Assembly (NCBI GenBank): GCA_028534125.1
Contig: CM052817.1
Coordinates: 97,218,001 to 97,282,000 of the forward strand
Direction of reading: 5' to 3'
From: Lama glama
Taxonomy: Eukaryota
DNA: 64,000 nucleotides
Shown here one piece after another: positions 13,031-26,374 of this stretch (position 1 is the first letter of the stretch; each line of letters begins with the position of its first letter). The translations under genes and the position numbers were made by a program. Below the pieces are notes generated by a model. The model saw nothing but the letters and a program-made list of their open reading frames with translations. It was not told the origin of the DNA and did no database searches.

Positions 13031-15834
13031 ATAACTTAGATGACTGATTTCTTGAATATGAGTAAGCCCATCTGACTGTCCTTTATGATTGGATTACCAC
13101 ATTCTGTTGATTCTTATTTTGTAGTTGGCTTTATTCCTCTGATAACTATGTAACTTTAAAAGCTAAAGCTCTAAATTGTTCTTAGAAACAATGAACAGTA
13201 CATATATATAAATTTTAAAATGGTTTTTTATCTCTCAGTGAGTTGCTCTCCCTAGAATAAACTTTGTTTCCAAAAAAAAAAAACAAAAACAAAAACAAAA
13301 AAACGCACTCCTGAGCATTTGATCCCCTCAGCTCCTCTGTGCTGAAGGCAGAACCAGCACCTTTGGCTTCGCCACAGTGGGGCCCAGAGATGCGCGGCCC
13401 ACTGGCCCCTCAGCTGGCTGGCTTTGTGAGCTGCTCATTGTGTCACTTCTGAGACCCAGGCTTATCACACGTAAACTTAGGAATTACTCTTAATCCCTGC
13501 TTTGTAGAGATGTAGGGACCAACAGTATGGAAGTCCTTAAATTACAAAGCACTGTATGAACGTTCCACTTTTGTCACTGTTGCGGGTATCATGGAGGGAA
13601 TAAAGATTCTTGAGAGGCCAATGATCATTTTGGTTAAAACAGACTAAGAAATAATCAGATTCTTAAAAATGACTTTCCAGGAGAATAATATTGTGTTCTG
13701 GTTATTATTTCTCTACATAGGATAGTAAATCCAGAGAAAAACCAGACAGGATTTTTAGGAAGGTACACATGACTTGCCCCCAGTAGGATGCGAACTCAAC
13801 ACCTCCATTTCAAAGTGTTTCTGTTATCAGTTGTTAGAATGTCTCCACCTCGATAAAAGGTTAAAGAGAGACCTCAGGTTCTATTTGAAAACATATTAGA
13901 AGGTTAATGTGTAACAACACACCTAAAAGAGCACTTTTTGTCACTTCAAAATGAAAGCATCTCTTTAACTCTTTCTTGAGGTATTATTCTCTGAATAACC
14001 TCCATCATTTTCATAGCTATCATTTATGCAGTACCTACTGTACCCAAAGTTAAACTTTGTCTTGCCAATTCTCACATCCTTTGTACAGAATCATCCTCAT
14101 ACTCATGATAAGGAAATTTAGGCACATGGTGTAGCTGTGTACCTAAACCCAGGGTTTTTTTTTTTTTCTTCCAGACACATGACTTTTTCTCTCTTCATGC
14201 TGCTGGCTCAATTGTTTATAGCTCTTTTCTCCAGAGTATTTCTCTATACCTATAAAGAGATATCTGATACTCATATGATTTGTTATTATGCTATTATTTT
14301 TTGCTCCCCATTATGTGGCAAGATTTTGTGTTTTCAAATTCTATTGCTGTTGCCACGGTGTGAAATTGAGTTCTCTAAATGAAGAGTACTGTGTACTCAA
14401 TATAGCTTGAAGTTTCAAGAAAATAGGCCATCTTAAAAACACATCTTACATCCCATCATTTTTGCACAATTAGATTAAATGCACAAAAATGTACGTCCAA
14501 AGAAGTTGAAACAAGGACAGTCTTTTTGGCACGAATCTGGGATTAATTCTGCAGCATTAAATTCACAGAAATATTCTGCCCCAGGCTTTTATTCATTTAA
14601 TAATCTTACCTTGTTTTGATTAAAAAATATATAACTACTTTGGGAAAGAAAATTCATTTAATTCTTCTAAAAAATAAAAGTTAATGCAAAAGTCACCCTT
14701 TAACCCGCTGGGCTAATGTAAAGGAAGCAGGAGATTTTGGGGGTAGGAAATATTCCTGTATGAAAGTGGACATCAGACCTGAATAACTGACAGTCATCAG
14801 TCTCTAGTTCTGAACCTGGACACACATTATCCATTTATAAACGTCATCTCTTTTGCAGGAACAGAATAAATTCCACTTTCAAAGAAATAAATACAACAGC
14901 CAAGAGAGACCCAGGTCCAATTCCAAAGACCTGGAGTTAAAATCCACGAGCATGATAGTTCTAAAATATTTTCAAAGAAATTCTTAAAAAAAAAGAAGAG
15001 AAGAGAAACATTTCAATAGTTTTGTCCTTTTCTCAAACTAGGAAACCAATTGTCTTCATAGAAACGCCATCCAGTCCTTGATTAAAACACCCATTACAGT
15101 AAACTGCAATCACAAGACCATTTGGAAATAGTTTAAAAATATTAAAATAATCTAGTATCTCTAAACCTGATTCACTTAGAACAAAAGTGAATAATCAAAG
15201 AGTTAGAAAATACTTTTTTCCTGGCTTCCCAGAGAATTTAGGGTTGGAAATGGAATTTATTCACATAAGAGCAGGAATCAGAAAAAGGCCCATTAAAATC
15301 AGAGTGGGAAGGACATTCACAATTTAAATAATTGGTATGTTAGTTGCCTGCTCTTAATGTTGTAGCTAAAAGATCTGAACAACTTTTGTATCTAAAGAAC
15401 TCACGTTCTCTTGCCATGATTAAATGTTAACAATGTTGTTCTATTTCACATTATGAGAATGGTCCACTGAAACCATTGCCTAATGGAAGTCAGAAGGAAC
15501 ACTCCTGCTTTGGTATTTAAGTACTGGCTTACCAAAATACTGCTAACAAAAGTATTTGAAAAGCTTAGTTACTCAGTTATCTGGAGGTCCAAATTGGACG
15601 CAGCTGATTTGGGAAATTACTACCCCAAACTAAATACATTCCTGGAATCATATTCATGTTCTATTCTGACAGAACTAGACATTTGATAAGCCCAAACCAT
15701 ATAACGTTTCAGCCTATGGGCCCCTGAGAAGTTGGGAGCTCAAAGAATTAGCCAGAATACCTCCAGAGACTCCTCATGCTGTGACCATCAACAAGGAGAC
15801 TACAAGCCAACTTCTACTTAAAGAATTCCTGCAA

Positions 15835-16302
15835 GAATTGAAAGCAGGGTCTTGAAGAGATATTTGTGCATCATGCCCATCACAGCACTGTTAACAATAT
15901 TCAGAAGGTGGAAGCAACCCAAGTGTCCGTCAACAGATGAATGATAACCAAAGCGTGGTACATACGTGCAGTGAAATATTACTTAGCCCAGAAAAGGAAG
16001 GATATTCTGACACATGCTACAACATGGATGAACCTTGATGACATTATGCAACGTGAAATAAGGCAGTCACAAAAAGCCATATACAGTATAAGTCCACTTA
16101 TATGAGTTACCTGGAATAGTCAAATTCATAGAGACACGAAGTAGAATGATTGTTACCAGGGGTTGGGGGTGCGGGAGGTAGGGATTTGTTTACATAACAA
16201 TGTGAATATATTTAACATTACTGAACTATGTAGTTAAAACTGGTTAAGATGATAAATTTTATGAGTACTTTACCACAATTGAAAATTTTTTAATTAAAAA
16301 AG
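15835..16302 (+). mobile_element. Older L1 3' end (L1MB-like)
   Basis: gaattgaaagcagggtcttgaagagatatttgt...tggaagcaacccaagtgtcc...catgctacaacatggatgaaccttga...tttaccacaatt followed by an A-rich end. Confidence 0.85.
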
Positions 16303-16304
16303 AA

Positions 16305-17240
16305 AACACTTGCAAATCATATGACCAATAAAGGGTTAATATCCAAGCTATATAAACAGCTCATACAACTCAATATCAAAAAAACAAAAAACACAATTAA
16401 AAGATGGGCAGAAGACATGAATAGACATTTTTTTCTAGGGGAGACATGGCCAACAAGCACATGAGAAGATGCTCAACGTCATTAATCATCAGAGAAACGC
16501 AAATTAAAACTACAATGAGCTATCACCTCACACCTGTCAGAAGGGCTGTCATCAAAAAAAAAAAAAAACACAAAGAACAAATGTTGGCAAGGGTGTGGAA
16601 AAATGGGAGCCCTCATACACTGTTTTGGTGGCAATGTAAATTGATGCAACCATCATGGAAAACAGTATGGAGGTATCTCAAAAAACTAAAAATCGAACTA
16701 CCATATCATCTAGCAATTCCACTGCTGGGTATGTATCTGAAGAAAATGAAAACACTAATTTGAAAAGATACATGCACCCCAATGTTCACAGCAGCATTAT
16801 TTATAATTGCAAAGATATGGACGCAGCCTAAGTGTACATCAACCGATGACTGGATAAAGACAATATGATTTATATATACAATGGAATATTACTCAGTCAT
16901 AAAAAAGAATGGAATTTTGCCATGTGCAAAAACACAGATGGACTTGGTGGGTATTATGCTTACTGAAATACATCAGACAGAGAAAGACAAATACGGTATG
17001 TTATCACTTATATGTGGAATCTAAAAAATAAAACAAATAAGTAAATATAACAAAACAGAAGCAGACTCACAGATATAGAGAGGGGAGGAGAGGAGGGGGA
17101 AGATAGGGATGGAGTAGAAAGAAGTACAAACTACTATGTATAAAATAGATAAGCTAAAAATTGTGAATCAGTCTGTTGTATACCTGAAACTTAATATAAT
17201 GTTGTACATCAACTATACCTCAATTTAAGGGGAAAAAAAA
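16305..17240 (+). mobile_element. 5'-truncated L1 (3' part of ORF2 plus 3' UTR and tail)
   Basis: ORF 16446..16763 ([32 protein letters not shown]...[17 protein letters not shown]) is an ORF2p remnant. The element ends in aactatacctcaatt plus an A tail. Confidence 0.92.
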
Positions 17241-20200
17241 GAGAATCCCTGCAACCCATGATCCTTCCTGCTATACTCTGATAGAGATTAAGAAACTAAG
17301 ATTTGTGTTTAATTCTCTTAGGGTTCAGGTTTTTCATTCATTCCTCTTCTAATATATAAAATATCTCCTTTCTCCTCTATTTTTACTACTTGCCTTTTGC
17401 CATATTGTGTTTTGATAGATTTTCAGTCTTATGGTGTCCATGTTTTTATTGGAAGCTGCGCTAAATGCTTTTTGAAAGCAGGAAGAGTGAAAATTCTTTA
17501 ATAAGCCATAGTTTCAAAAAGGCAGTCAGAAACAGTTCCTTAAAGGCCTGTCCTGCTGTAGTTTTTGTACCCTAAGGGGGGAAGGGGAAATAGAACTACC
17601 TTTATCACTCCTTTCTCTTTCCAAGAACTCACATTTAATAACTGCAATCCTTTCACACTGGCTGGTTTTATAAATGCCACAGCACAAGAGGTCCCCAAGT
17701 CTCCTACCCACGGGAGCCTATGAAAGGTACAATGACATTTTCAAACTTAAGATCCTTTAGCAATACTGCACCAAACTGTACCTGTGCCACCTGCACATCT
17801 TTTATGTGTATAAGGCATCACTTTATTTAGTAAGGACCTAGAAAAATAAACCCTTGAAATATTTCATGTTAGCCCTTGGATTAACAGGCAGCTCTCATCA
17901 CCTGGAAAGTCAGTGTCCTTTTTTCTGGATAATAATACACTTATCTTTCTATGATTGATTTTTGCACAGTGCATAGGTCCAAAATTATGAGTGCCAAATA
18001 ATTATCTGATAGCTACAAAGAACAGGTAGATCCAATGGACTTCACAGATTTTGCTCTTCAAATATAAATATAACAAAGAAAATCAGTGCTCGTTGAAGGT
18101 TGAACTCTTTGAAATCTCTAGAATCTCCAGGAGTCTCTTAATAAACCTGTTTGCGAACATGCTCTTACTTCCATAAATGTGTGTGTGTGTGTTACACTGC
18201 TGTCATGCAGAAATAGTGTCAGTCTTACAGCAGAGAGTTACATAATTTGAGTGGTGTGGTGCACACAGATAATCACAGCAGCTCTGAAGGACCAGACCTT
18301 ACATCTGATACTGCAACCACATCATTACGTCTGAATAAATCTAACATCTTGTTACATGGTCAGCATAACAGATGGTCCCCATCTCAAGCTTGTTATTTTC
18401 CTAAAAACAGCATGCAGAAACAGTCCTTTTTTAAAAAAAAATCTTAATTAGAATAAAAATGACCTCAATTTGAGCATTCAAATTATTCCAGTTTATGGTT
18501 TTTAATTTTTTTTCAGAGGCTTACTAGATTTTTCCTTAACTGACAAACAAGATACATCCGTAGGAGGACCATTTTGCCAGCTGCGGTTTTGACGTCTGTC
18601 CATTTTGATAGTATTTACATCATTTATTAACAGCCAGGGCAGAACTCAGCTGCTTAGGAATCGCTAAGGTTGTCTGTGGTTTGCTTTAGTGGACTTATGC
18701 GCCACAGGGAGTGGCGTCCCAGTGGTCCTCATGACATTCCTGTATTCTCTATTAACTTCACATGGTCAAGACTAGTAATAGTTAAAGGCTAGTTCAGGGG
18801 TGTGTTCATTACCTTAATTGATGTTCCAGAAGGGATGTATTTCATAGAACTGCCCTTGACTTAAGCATCACAATTTCCACTGACCTTAATGGCTGTTATG
18901 CAGATCAAAATAATAATATGTGACCATCTAAACATCTAGAAAGGGCCTTTACCACGGACAGGCCTAGAAAACAATTTTCTTTATCATACATTTTATACAC
19001 AGTTCTTGGTAAAACATTTTTCTGTGCTTTTGATTTTTAAATACCCATCTAGTTAGCATCATAGTTTCTTACACAGCTTGCAATAAAACATTCCTCTGTA
19101 CCTTAAATTTTTAAGTACTTGTACAGTTATTACAGTTTCTTTTGGGTCCAGGCCACACGTTTTTCAGAGAGGAAAGAAACCTCTATGTTTATGTAGCCAT
19201 AACCCATTGTGAAAATTCAGATTTCAGAGCAAGTTAAACTGGGGGCACTGATGATAAGTCACATGGGAAAAATGTTTTAGCTTGACCAAAGGTTTAATCT
19301 TAGCGTTCACTGCATTGTGAATTTCTGCAGGTCGGTTACAATATAATTCACTTTGAAAAGCGATTTCTAAGCAACTTTCCATGACGCTATGTATTGTATC
19401 CTGTGAGCCACTCCCGTCCCTGGGATGTTTGACTAAACCCCTCACACTAAGTAAGCTAAGGACCACAGCAAACTGCAGAAGATTTACAGTAACGGCTCGC
19501 TGACTATCAGTGACATCAGTAGGGGGCCTTCGGCACAGGCAAGCAGGTGAACACCACCAGCACTCCCTTCCTGCTGCCAGCAGCCAGTCTAGCAGGGGCA
19601 CAGAGACCGGCCTGATTGTTCCCTGGACATTTTAAGACCTAGTGAACCAAATGTTTTGATTCTTGGCTTTGAGAAGGAAGTTTACATAGGTCCTTGACCA
19701 AGAAGTGGGCTCTAGTTCTTGACTAGATAAAGTGACTTCCTGATTCCAAGTAAAAACAAGGAAGTCAAACCTCCTTGAAAATAGTATTCTAGGATTTGAA
19801 TCCAAGCACTCTGGTCTCTGAGCCTGTGCTCAGCTGTCATATTAAGGTTAAAATCCCCAACAGCATTTCTGGAACCTTCTGAGACGTAGTTAAGTGCTAT
19901 CCATGCTCAGACTCAGTGCCGGAACTGCTCGACACACAGAAGGGGTACAAAAGAGCAATATTCTCTCGTGAAAGAATTTTGTTTTTACATCACCAAGCCT
20001 CATTTTTGTTGGCTGTAGATTTCCAGAGTAAATCTTGGGAAATTTAACAGTCTGCAGACAACAGATAGTGCACTCGAAGACAGAAAACCTTCAGTGAGCA
20101 ATTACTGCTTCCAACAGGGGCATTTGGGGTATGCACTTAAGGATCTTGCTTAATTTCCATAAACGAACATAGTTTTTCTCATTTGTAAAAATGGGCCATA

Positions 20201-23040
20201 ATAAAGGTAAGATTCCCACTTGAGAACTACCGAATTTCAAGAACGCATTGAATTTAGAAGTGTCGCTGGATTGTTGTTTGGGTAAAGGGCGAGAGCAAAC
20301 CACTTTCTCCTTGAACAGTAAGAGATTTATATTAAACTGCAATTTACGGAGTCATTTTCCTCCTGAGGCAAGTCACGTACGCCGAGCAACCGGGACCTGG
20401 CGCAGGGGATACAGAAGGACGTCCGCGCTGGTAACGCCCGGGTGTGCGGCCGAGCTTCCAGGGCGACAGCAGAGCCACTCACCCTTGCGGAGGTGGCGCT
20501 GGAGTGTGTGCGTTAGGATGGAGACGAGGAAGGTGGAAAGCCAGTTGGACCCCAGAGTCCTTCTACCTTGAAAGCCTTGCTTTGGAAGAAGGAAACAGCT
20601 AAGCGTTCAGAGACCGTTACCACAGACCCTATTTGATTCCTTAATCAAACTGGGCCCTAGGAAACATTTTCCGGTGCCATAATCCTGGGGGAAAGGTAGT
20701 GTCTCTTGTTTGAATCATTTGAAAAGCTGATAAAGCATGTGCCTAAATTAAAAAAAAAAAAGACGATGTTTGACTCAATTAATTCATTAGAGCTTAGCCA
20801 CATGTCCTTTCTTCTTACTGATGCTGAACATCTGTCACAAGGGAGATTTTGTTCAGGACATGCCGAACAACTGCATCATTCATGCCAGGGTTGGCGGGGG
20901 GAGAAGTACCACACCAGCAGGCCGCCGCCTGGGAAGGCCACCCATGCCCCATAAACGTCAACACTGGAGCACACGCTGCCCCCGCACATGAAAGGACACG
21001 AGCACAATGGATGCGTATTCATGGGACAGCCTCAATGGTTCTTCTCTGTTTTATCTGCTGGTGGAGAACAGCTGATCAAGACAGCCAAGGAGCACAGCAG
21101 ACGTCGTCTAACCTTCTCTTCTACTCAGAAATTCGGTGAAGTTCTGAACTTCTTCTAATTAGAACAAAGCGGCCATGGAGTCTCTCCTGAACGACAAGCA
21201 AATGATTCTTCGGGTTTTTGTGTTCACTGCCTAGAAGCCAAGAGAGTTAAGGCCCACGCTGCAGAAGCGTTAGCTCCCTGGGGTCCCCTGAGCAGGCAGG
21301 ACCCCAGTCCTCAGCCCACGCCAGCAAGAGAAGTGGGGGCCACTTAAGCCCCCCTCCGCGTATGCTCTGCACCAAGAACTGGGGGTGTGGCTGGGGGGCA
21401 TGGGCAGCTGCTTGGCAGCAATGTTCTTTGCAACGAGGACAAAGGGCAGCAGTCAGGAAAATAGGAAATATGGTAAGAATTAGAAAAGCAAAGTCATCCC
21501 TCCCAGGAACATCTGGGACAGAAGTGTCAGTGATTTCAAGACCAAGACTAGTGGAGCTTGTGAGAAACAAGTTTTCCGTGGAGGGTTACCATTCCAAAGG
21601 AAAGAGCCCAAGAGTCATAGTGAAGTAAAAAAAGCAATTCTGGTCATCGGTTTTCTCCCCTCTAAAAAATGTGAAAAAGCCTTAAGGCACCTAATTTCAA
21701 CGTTAAGATATCAAGGTGGAACCCTTTGATTCAATAAATGCGGTATTTGGTGATAACGTCTCAGTCTCCATGAGAGACATCGAAGGGAGAAGACAGGAGG
21801 GGAAAGGGGGAGAGAAAGCCAGAAAATGGGGAGGAAGGGAGGGAATGGGATCAAGCAGAAGTGGAGGGATGCGAGGAGACAAAGGGGAGAGGCCAGGTGT
21901 GGCGAGAAAGAGGGGATGGAGGGCAGAAACAGCGAGAAGAGAAGGAGAGGGAGAGAGAAAGAGTCCCCTCCACTCCTGAGGGTGAACCTGCAGCCCCTCT
22001 GGCTCCACCACTTCAATTCTGCATCCCAGAGACTCATCCCCTCTCCTCTCGGGATGGCTTCTCATGCCTGGACCACACGCACTGCCTCTGCACTCTGCCC
22101 AGCATGATGCTAACTCTCCTTTGGGGGTGGACACAGCCTTCAAAGCGAGACAACTCTGCCAGCAGCTTTCCTTGAGGAGCCCCTTTCTCCTCAGGCTCCC
22201 GGAGCACCCGCCTTAGGAAAAACGCCTTTGTCATTGATCAACCACGCTTCATCTAGGCAGGATGCCATTCCTGTGCTTGTGTCTTAATTCACCAACCCCA
22301 CGACTGAATTTGGGAGGATGGAAACTCTGGATTCCTTACAGCAGCCATCACAGAGCCTTGTACATTGCAGATATTCCTTAATATTTACTCCTGACTGGCG
22401 AAAAGCCAGTCATTTTTCTTTTTTCTTTTTTTGCTAAACAATAAAAATTAAGAGATTTAAATTTCGCTTTAGGGGAAGTGATTTAACACTGTCCTCCTCA
22501 TTCTAACAAATGCTCACAGCTGTAAGTGCTCCGATTGGCAAAGCAGAACTAAAGAATCACGGACTGCAAGAGGTTGGAAGAGGTGGAACTCCGCGAGCCT
22601 TCCACCGCCATTACTTTGGAGATGAGGGGAGACACGTGGTGTGATGCAAACAAGGTGAGCGTTCAAGGCAGTCCTGGGCTCACGCCTGAGGTCCACCTCG
22701 CCATGGTTACGTGATCTGGGATGATCTCCTGAAACTCTCTCTGTCCAAGGCAGCTGCACCATTTACAAAACAGTGACAATCACATTTGTTTTAAAATGAT
22801 TGTCTATAAACGAGACTGGTTATATGAAAGTGTTACGCAGAGCTAAGGGCACATGGCGGTCCCATGAGGATTCTGCTACTAGAACTTTTAAGCACAGAGA
22901 CTATGTTCTACCGAGCTCCGATTCGCTGGTGTGGGACGTACAGATGATTAAATGAGAAACAGAGATCTGGACCTCACGTGAAGCTTCCCAAAAGCCAAGC
23001 AGACTCAGGGGCTGGGTTGGGGTTTAAAGGTCACCGAGAC

Positions 23041-23542
23041 CAGTGGTTCTCAATGTGTGATCTGAGGATGGCAGGGCGTCCTCAGGACCCTTTCCAGGAG
23101 TCAGTGAGGTCCTCCTTTCTCTGACTCCACATGTGATGAGAGTGAATCTTTTCCCTACACTTCAACCAAACAACCAATCACAAAAGACTGGATGTCAGGA
23201 GCCAATAAGAGGATGCAACTGTCTTCATTTCAGTCCGACTGAAGGAATTTGCAAAGAAGGCAAAACAACACCATGCTTCAAATTTTTTTGTTTTGAAAGA
23301 GTTATTTTTAAATAAAATATATGTGCTATTGTATTTATGTTGTGCTGTTTATATAATATGTAATAGGTTATTGTTATTTTTAAATGAATTGCTAAGTCAG
23401 TATTTTAAAAAGTTCCTGTTTTAATTTCTGATACAGGTAAATACCAACAGCTATAACTTACATAAACAAAAAGCTCTTTGGAGTCTGCAATGATTTTAAG
23501 AGCATGGAGGGGGTCCTGAGAACAGAAAATCTGTGGACCGCT
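23041..23542 (+). mobile_element. hAT-Charlie non-autonomous DNA transposon (Charlie1-like)
   Basis: Starts with the cagtggttctcaa TIR, has internal acataaacaaaagctctttgg and gggtcctgaga, and ends with a degenerate TIR ggaccgct. Confidence 0.75.
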
Positions 23543-24236
23543 CATCTGGTCCAATTCTCTCATGCTGCAGGAGGGAGACAAGGGCGCCGTGAAGGTAACT
23601 CACTCACTGGACGTCAAGGTCCTTACCAGCAAAATTAGGGACTGAGCCCAGGGACCGTGCTCACCAAAGGAGCTCTTACATACTGCTGTGGTATCAGAAA
23701 GGAAGGATACAGACTTGGAGGACTAGTTCACACTTTGAACCAAAACTCCAGTTCTTCTAACAACGTTTTATTTCCCATTTGTGTTCTTTATACATTGGGC
23801 ATATTCTCACCCATTTTAAAGAGTATCTCTTATGAAAGATGATATACGATTGGTCAATACAGGTTCCAAATATATATGGTGTCTGAAACCACCTAATGAA
23901 ACCAGTATTTGCTCCAAAGGTCCACTTGGGTGTAACTGCCTGAAAAATTAAGTTCCATGGTCAAGGAACAAGCCTTGCTATAGCTGAAAAATCGAGTTTT
24001 GGACTCTGAGACATCTGGGTTCAAAACTTTGAGCCTTCGTCTCTTCATCTTTGAAAGAGGTAATAAATTCCCACATTACAAAGCCGTAAGGCTGAAACAG
24101 GACCATGTGTGGGGGACAGCATATAGCACAATGCCTTTCACAAGCTTTCAGTATTGGCTTATAATCCTCTAAATTCGCCCTCTAAACTGTGTGATTATTA
24201 ATTACTTTGCACTCTAATATCCATGTAAATGGAGAG

Positions 24237-24602
24237 TGTTATTGACTGAATATGTGTGTCCCTACACCCCTACCACCAACCTGGCCAATTCGTATGTTGA
24301 AGTTCTAACCCTTCAATGCAGTGGTACGGGGGGGCGTTGAGAGGCAATTATGGTTAAATGAGGTCATGAGGGTGGATCCCCCATGGTGAGATTAGTGCCC
24401 TTAAAAAAGCAGCAGAGACACCAGAGCTTCCTTTCTCCACCATGTGGAGATAGTGAGAAGGCGGCCCTCCCTCTGCAAGCCAGTGAGAAGGCCTTCACCG
24501 GAACCCCACCAAGCTGGCATCCTGATCTTGGACTCCAGCCCCTAACACTGTGAGAAATAAATGTCTATTTTTTAAACCACCCAGCCTGAGGTGCCTAAGA
24601 CA
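24237..24602 (+). mobile_element. ERVL-MaLR solo LTR (MLT1A-like)
   Basis: TG...CA ends with a 5-bp TSD GAGAG at 24232-24236 and 24603-24607. Motifs ttaaatgaggtcatgagggtgg, ctgatcttggactccagcc and ctgtgagaaataaatg. Confidence 0.9.
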
Positions 24603-25109
24603 GAGAGGGATATCATGCTGGTAGCAGAAGGGGAATTAGGAACTTATAAACCACTGGTTCCATTGATTCTATTGAGGCAGCTTCTATTTCAAGCTGGAGG
24701 GGCACAGAAGACGGGCCCAGTTACACAAGGCTGTGACACCTGTAGATATGTGCGTCGGCTGGGGTGACACTCCTGCTGCAGCACCAACGATCCAGACACA
24801 CAGATGAGCTTTAAATAAGAAGACCGAGCGTCTCCAAATAGGACCTCCTTTTTTTGGTTTCTCTCCCTTCTCCACTTCTTTCTTTCAGGAAAGTATCAAT
24901 CTCAGAGCCTACACAAAATTAAACAGCCTTTTCAGAGCCCTCCCCAAACACAACCCTATTAAATTAGCTTAGGGTTTCATGGATGGAAGGGAGAGATCTA
25001 AAACCATAATCATCTCCCACGTGTGATTCAACAGAAACGGATCATCACATGGCTCGGTTCTGGTTCTAGAAGTGTCTAAAGACACAAGTTCAGAAAATAC
25101 TTTCTATAT

Positions 25110-25321
25110 ACAAAATAGACAGACAACAAGTTCATACTGTATAGCACAGGGAACTATACTCAATATCTTGTAGTAACTTACGGTGAAAAAGAATACAAAA
25201 ATGAATACATGCATGTTCATGTATGACCGAAACACTGTGCTGTACACCAGAAATTCACACACTGTAAACTGACTGTACTTCAATTAAAAAAATATATATA
25301 TATACCCATACAAAAAAAAAG
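25110..25321 (+). mobile_element. Short 5'-truncated L1 3' end with an 18-bp TSD
   Basis: tactgtatagcacagggaactat...tgtaaactgactgtacttcaattaaaa. TSD AGAAAATACTTTCTATAT at 25092-25109 and 25322-25339. Confidence 0.92.
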
Positions 25322-26157
25322 AGAAAATACTTTCTATATCAAGACACAGCAAGTGTGTTCTCCTCCTCCAGTCCAGAGGGGCACCATCAAAGCTACCGTC
25401 TTTGCATTTTATGACCTCTGTCAAGGGAGGACACCTGGAGCCCCCTTAGTTTTTTTGAACTGATTAATCCATTACTTGCCATCTGCCCCATCTTGCAATA
25501 TACTCACTGCATCAAAACTGATTTTTCCCTATCAATTTTTTCAATAAGGAAATTCACCCCAGTTATTTTATTTTGTATCGAAGAGTATTTTTAGCTGACG
25601 AGACGGAAGCCCTTGAGAGCACGTTAACTGAAATAAAGACCAACATGCTAATATTAGCTGCATTCAACCTTTTAAAGATAATGTATGATCTTAAAATGGT
25701 TTTGATGTTTATTCAAAATGAAAAATAGCTCCCTCTAGTTAGCCAGAATAAAGCTGGGACTTATTTCTTGCCTCATTACTACTCTGTGATTCCAACGTAG
25801 TTATAAAAAGCTTAAACAGTTCATCCCATTTGCAGTTTCCTATTTGTTTTGCTTTAATTTCATACGATACTGGCAATTACCCAGCTTCATTAACTACTTA
25901 AGAAATTTCTGAAGTACGCCACAAGAAACACCATGCAAGAAATAACCTATGGCACTGTTCTTGGAAGTAAAACTTGCAAGAGAAATCCTTTTCATCAAGT
26001 TCACATGCTGGCCCTGAAAACACCGTAGGGTCAAACCCACGTCGGGAGTCTTGCTTCTGACCTTTGTACTGGAAAGAAGATCGATGAACCAATCCCAAAT
26101 AGTGCCAATTATGTAGACGGCATTTTGCTAGACATTATGGAAAAATGTAAAAAATAA

Positions 26158-26374
26158 GGGATAGATGGGATTTCAAAATTGTAGAACAGATAAACAAGAT
26201 TATACTGTATAGCACAGGGAAATATACATAAGATCTTATGGTAGCTCAGAGAAAAAATGTGACAATGAATATATACATGTTCATGTATAACTGAAAAATT
26301 GTGCTCTACACTGGAATTTGACACAACATCGTAAAATGATTATAAATCAATAAAAAATGTTAAAATTAAAAAAA
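26158..26374 (+). mobile_element. Young lineage-specific L1 3' end
   Basis: Highly similar to the copy at 46.2-46.5 kb (gatttcaaaat..gaacagataaacaagattatactgtat...ctctacactggaatttgacacaacat...aataaaaaatgttaaaa). Confidence 0.88.

Noticed and set aside
21703..22234. Cluster of overlapping ORFs up to 146 aa
   Set aside because: Caused by a purine-rich low-complexity tract that lacks stops; the peptides are compositionally biased.
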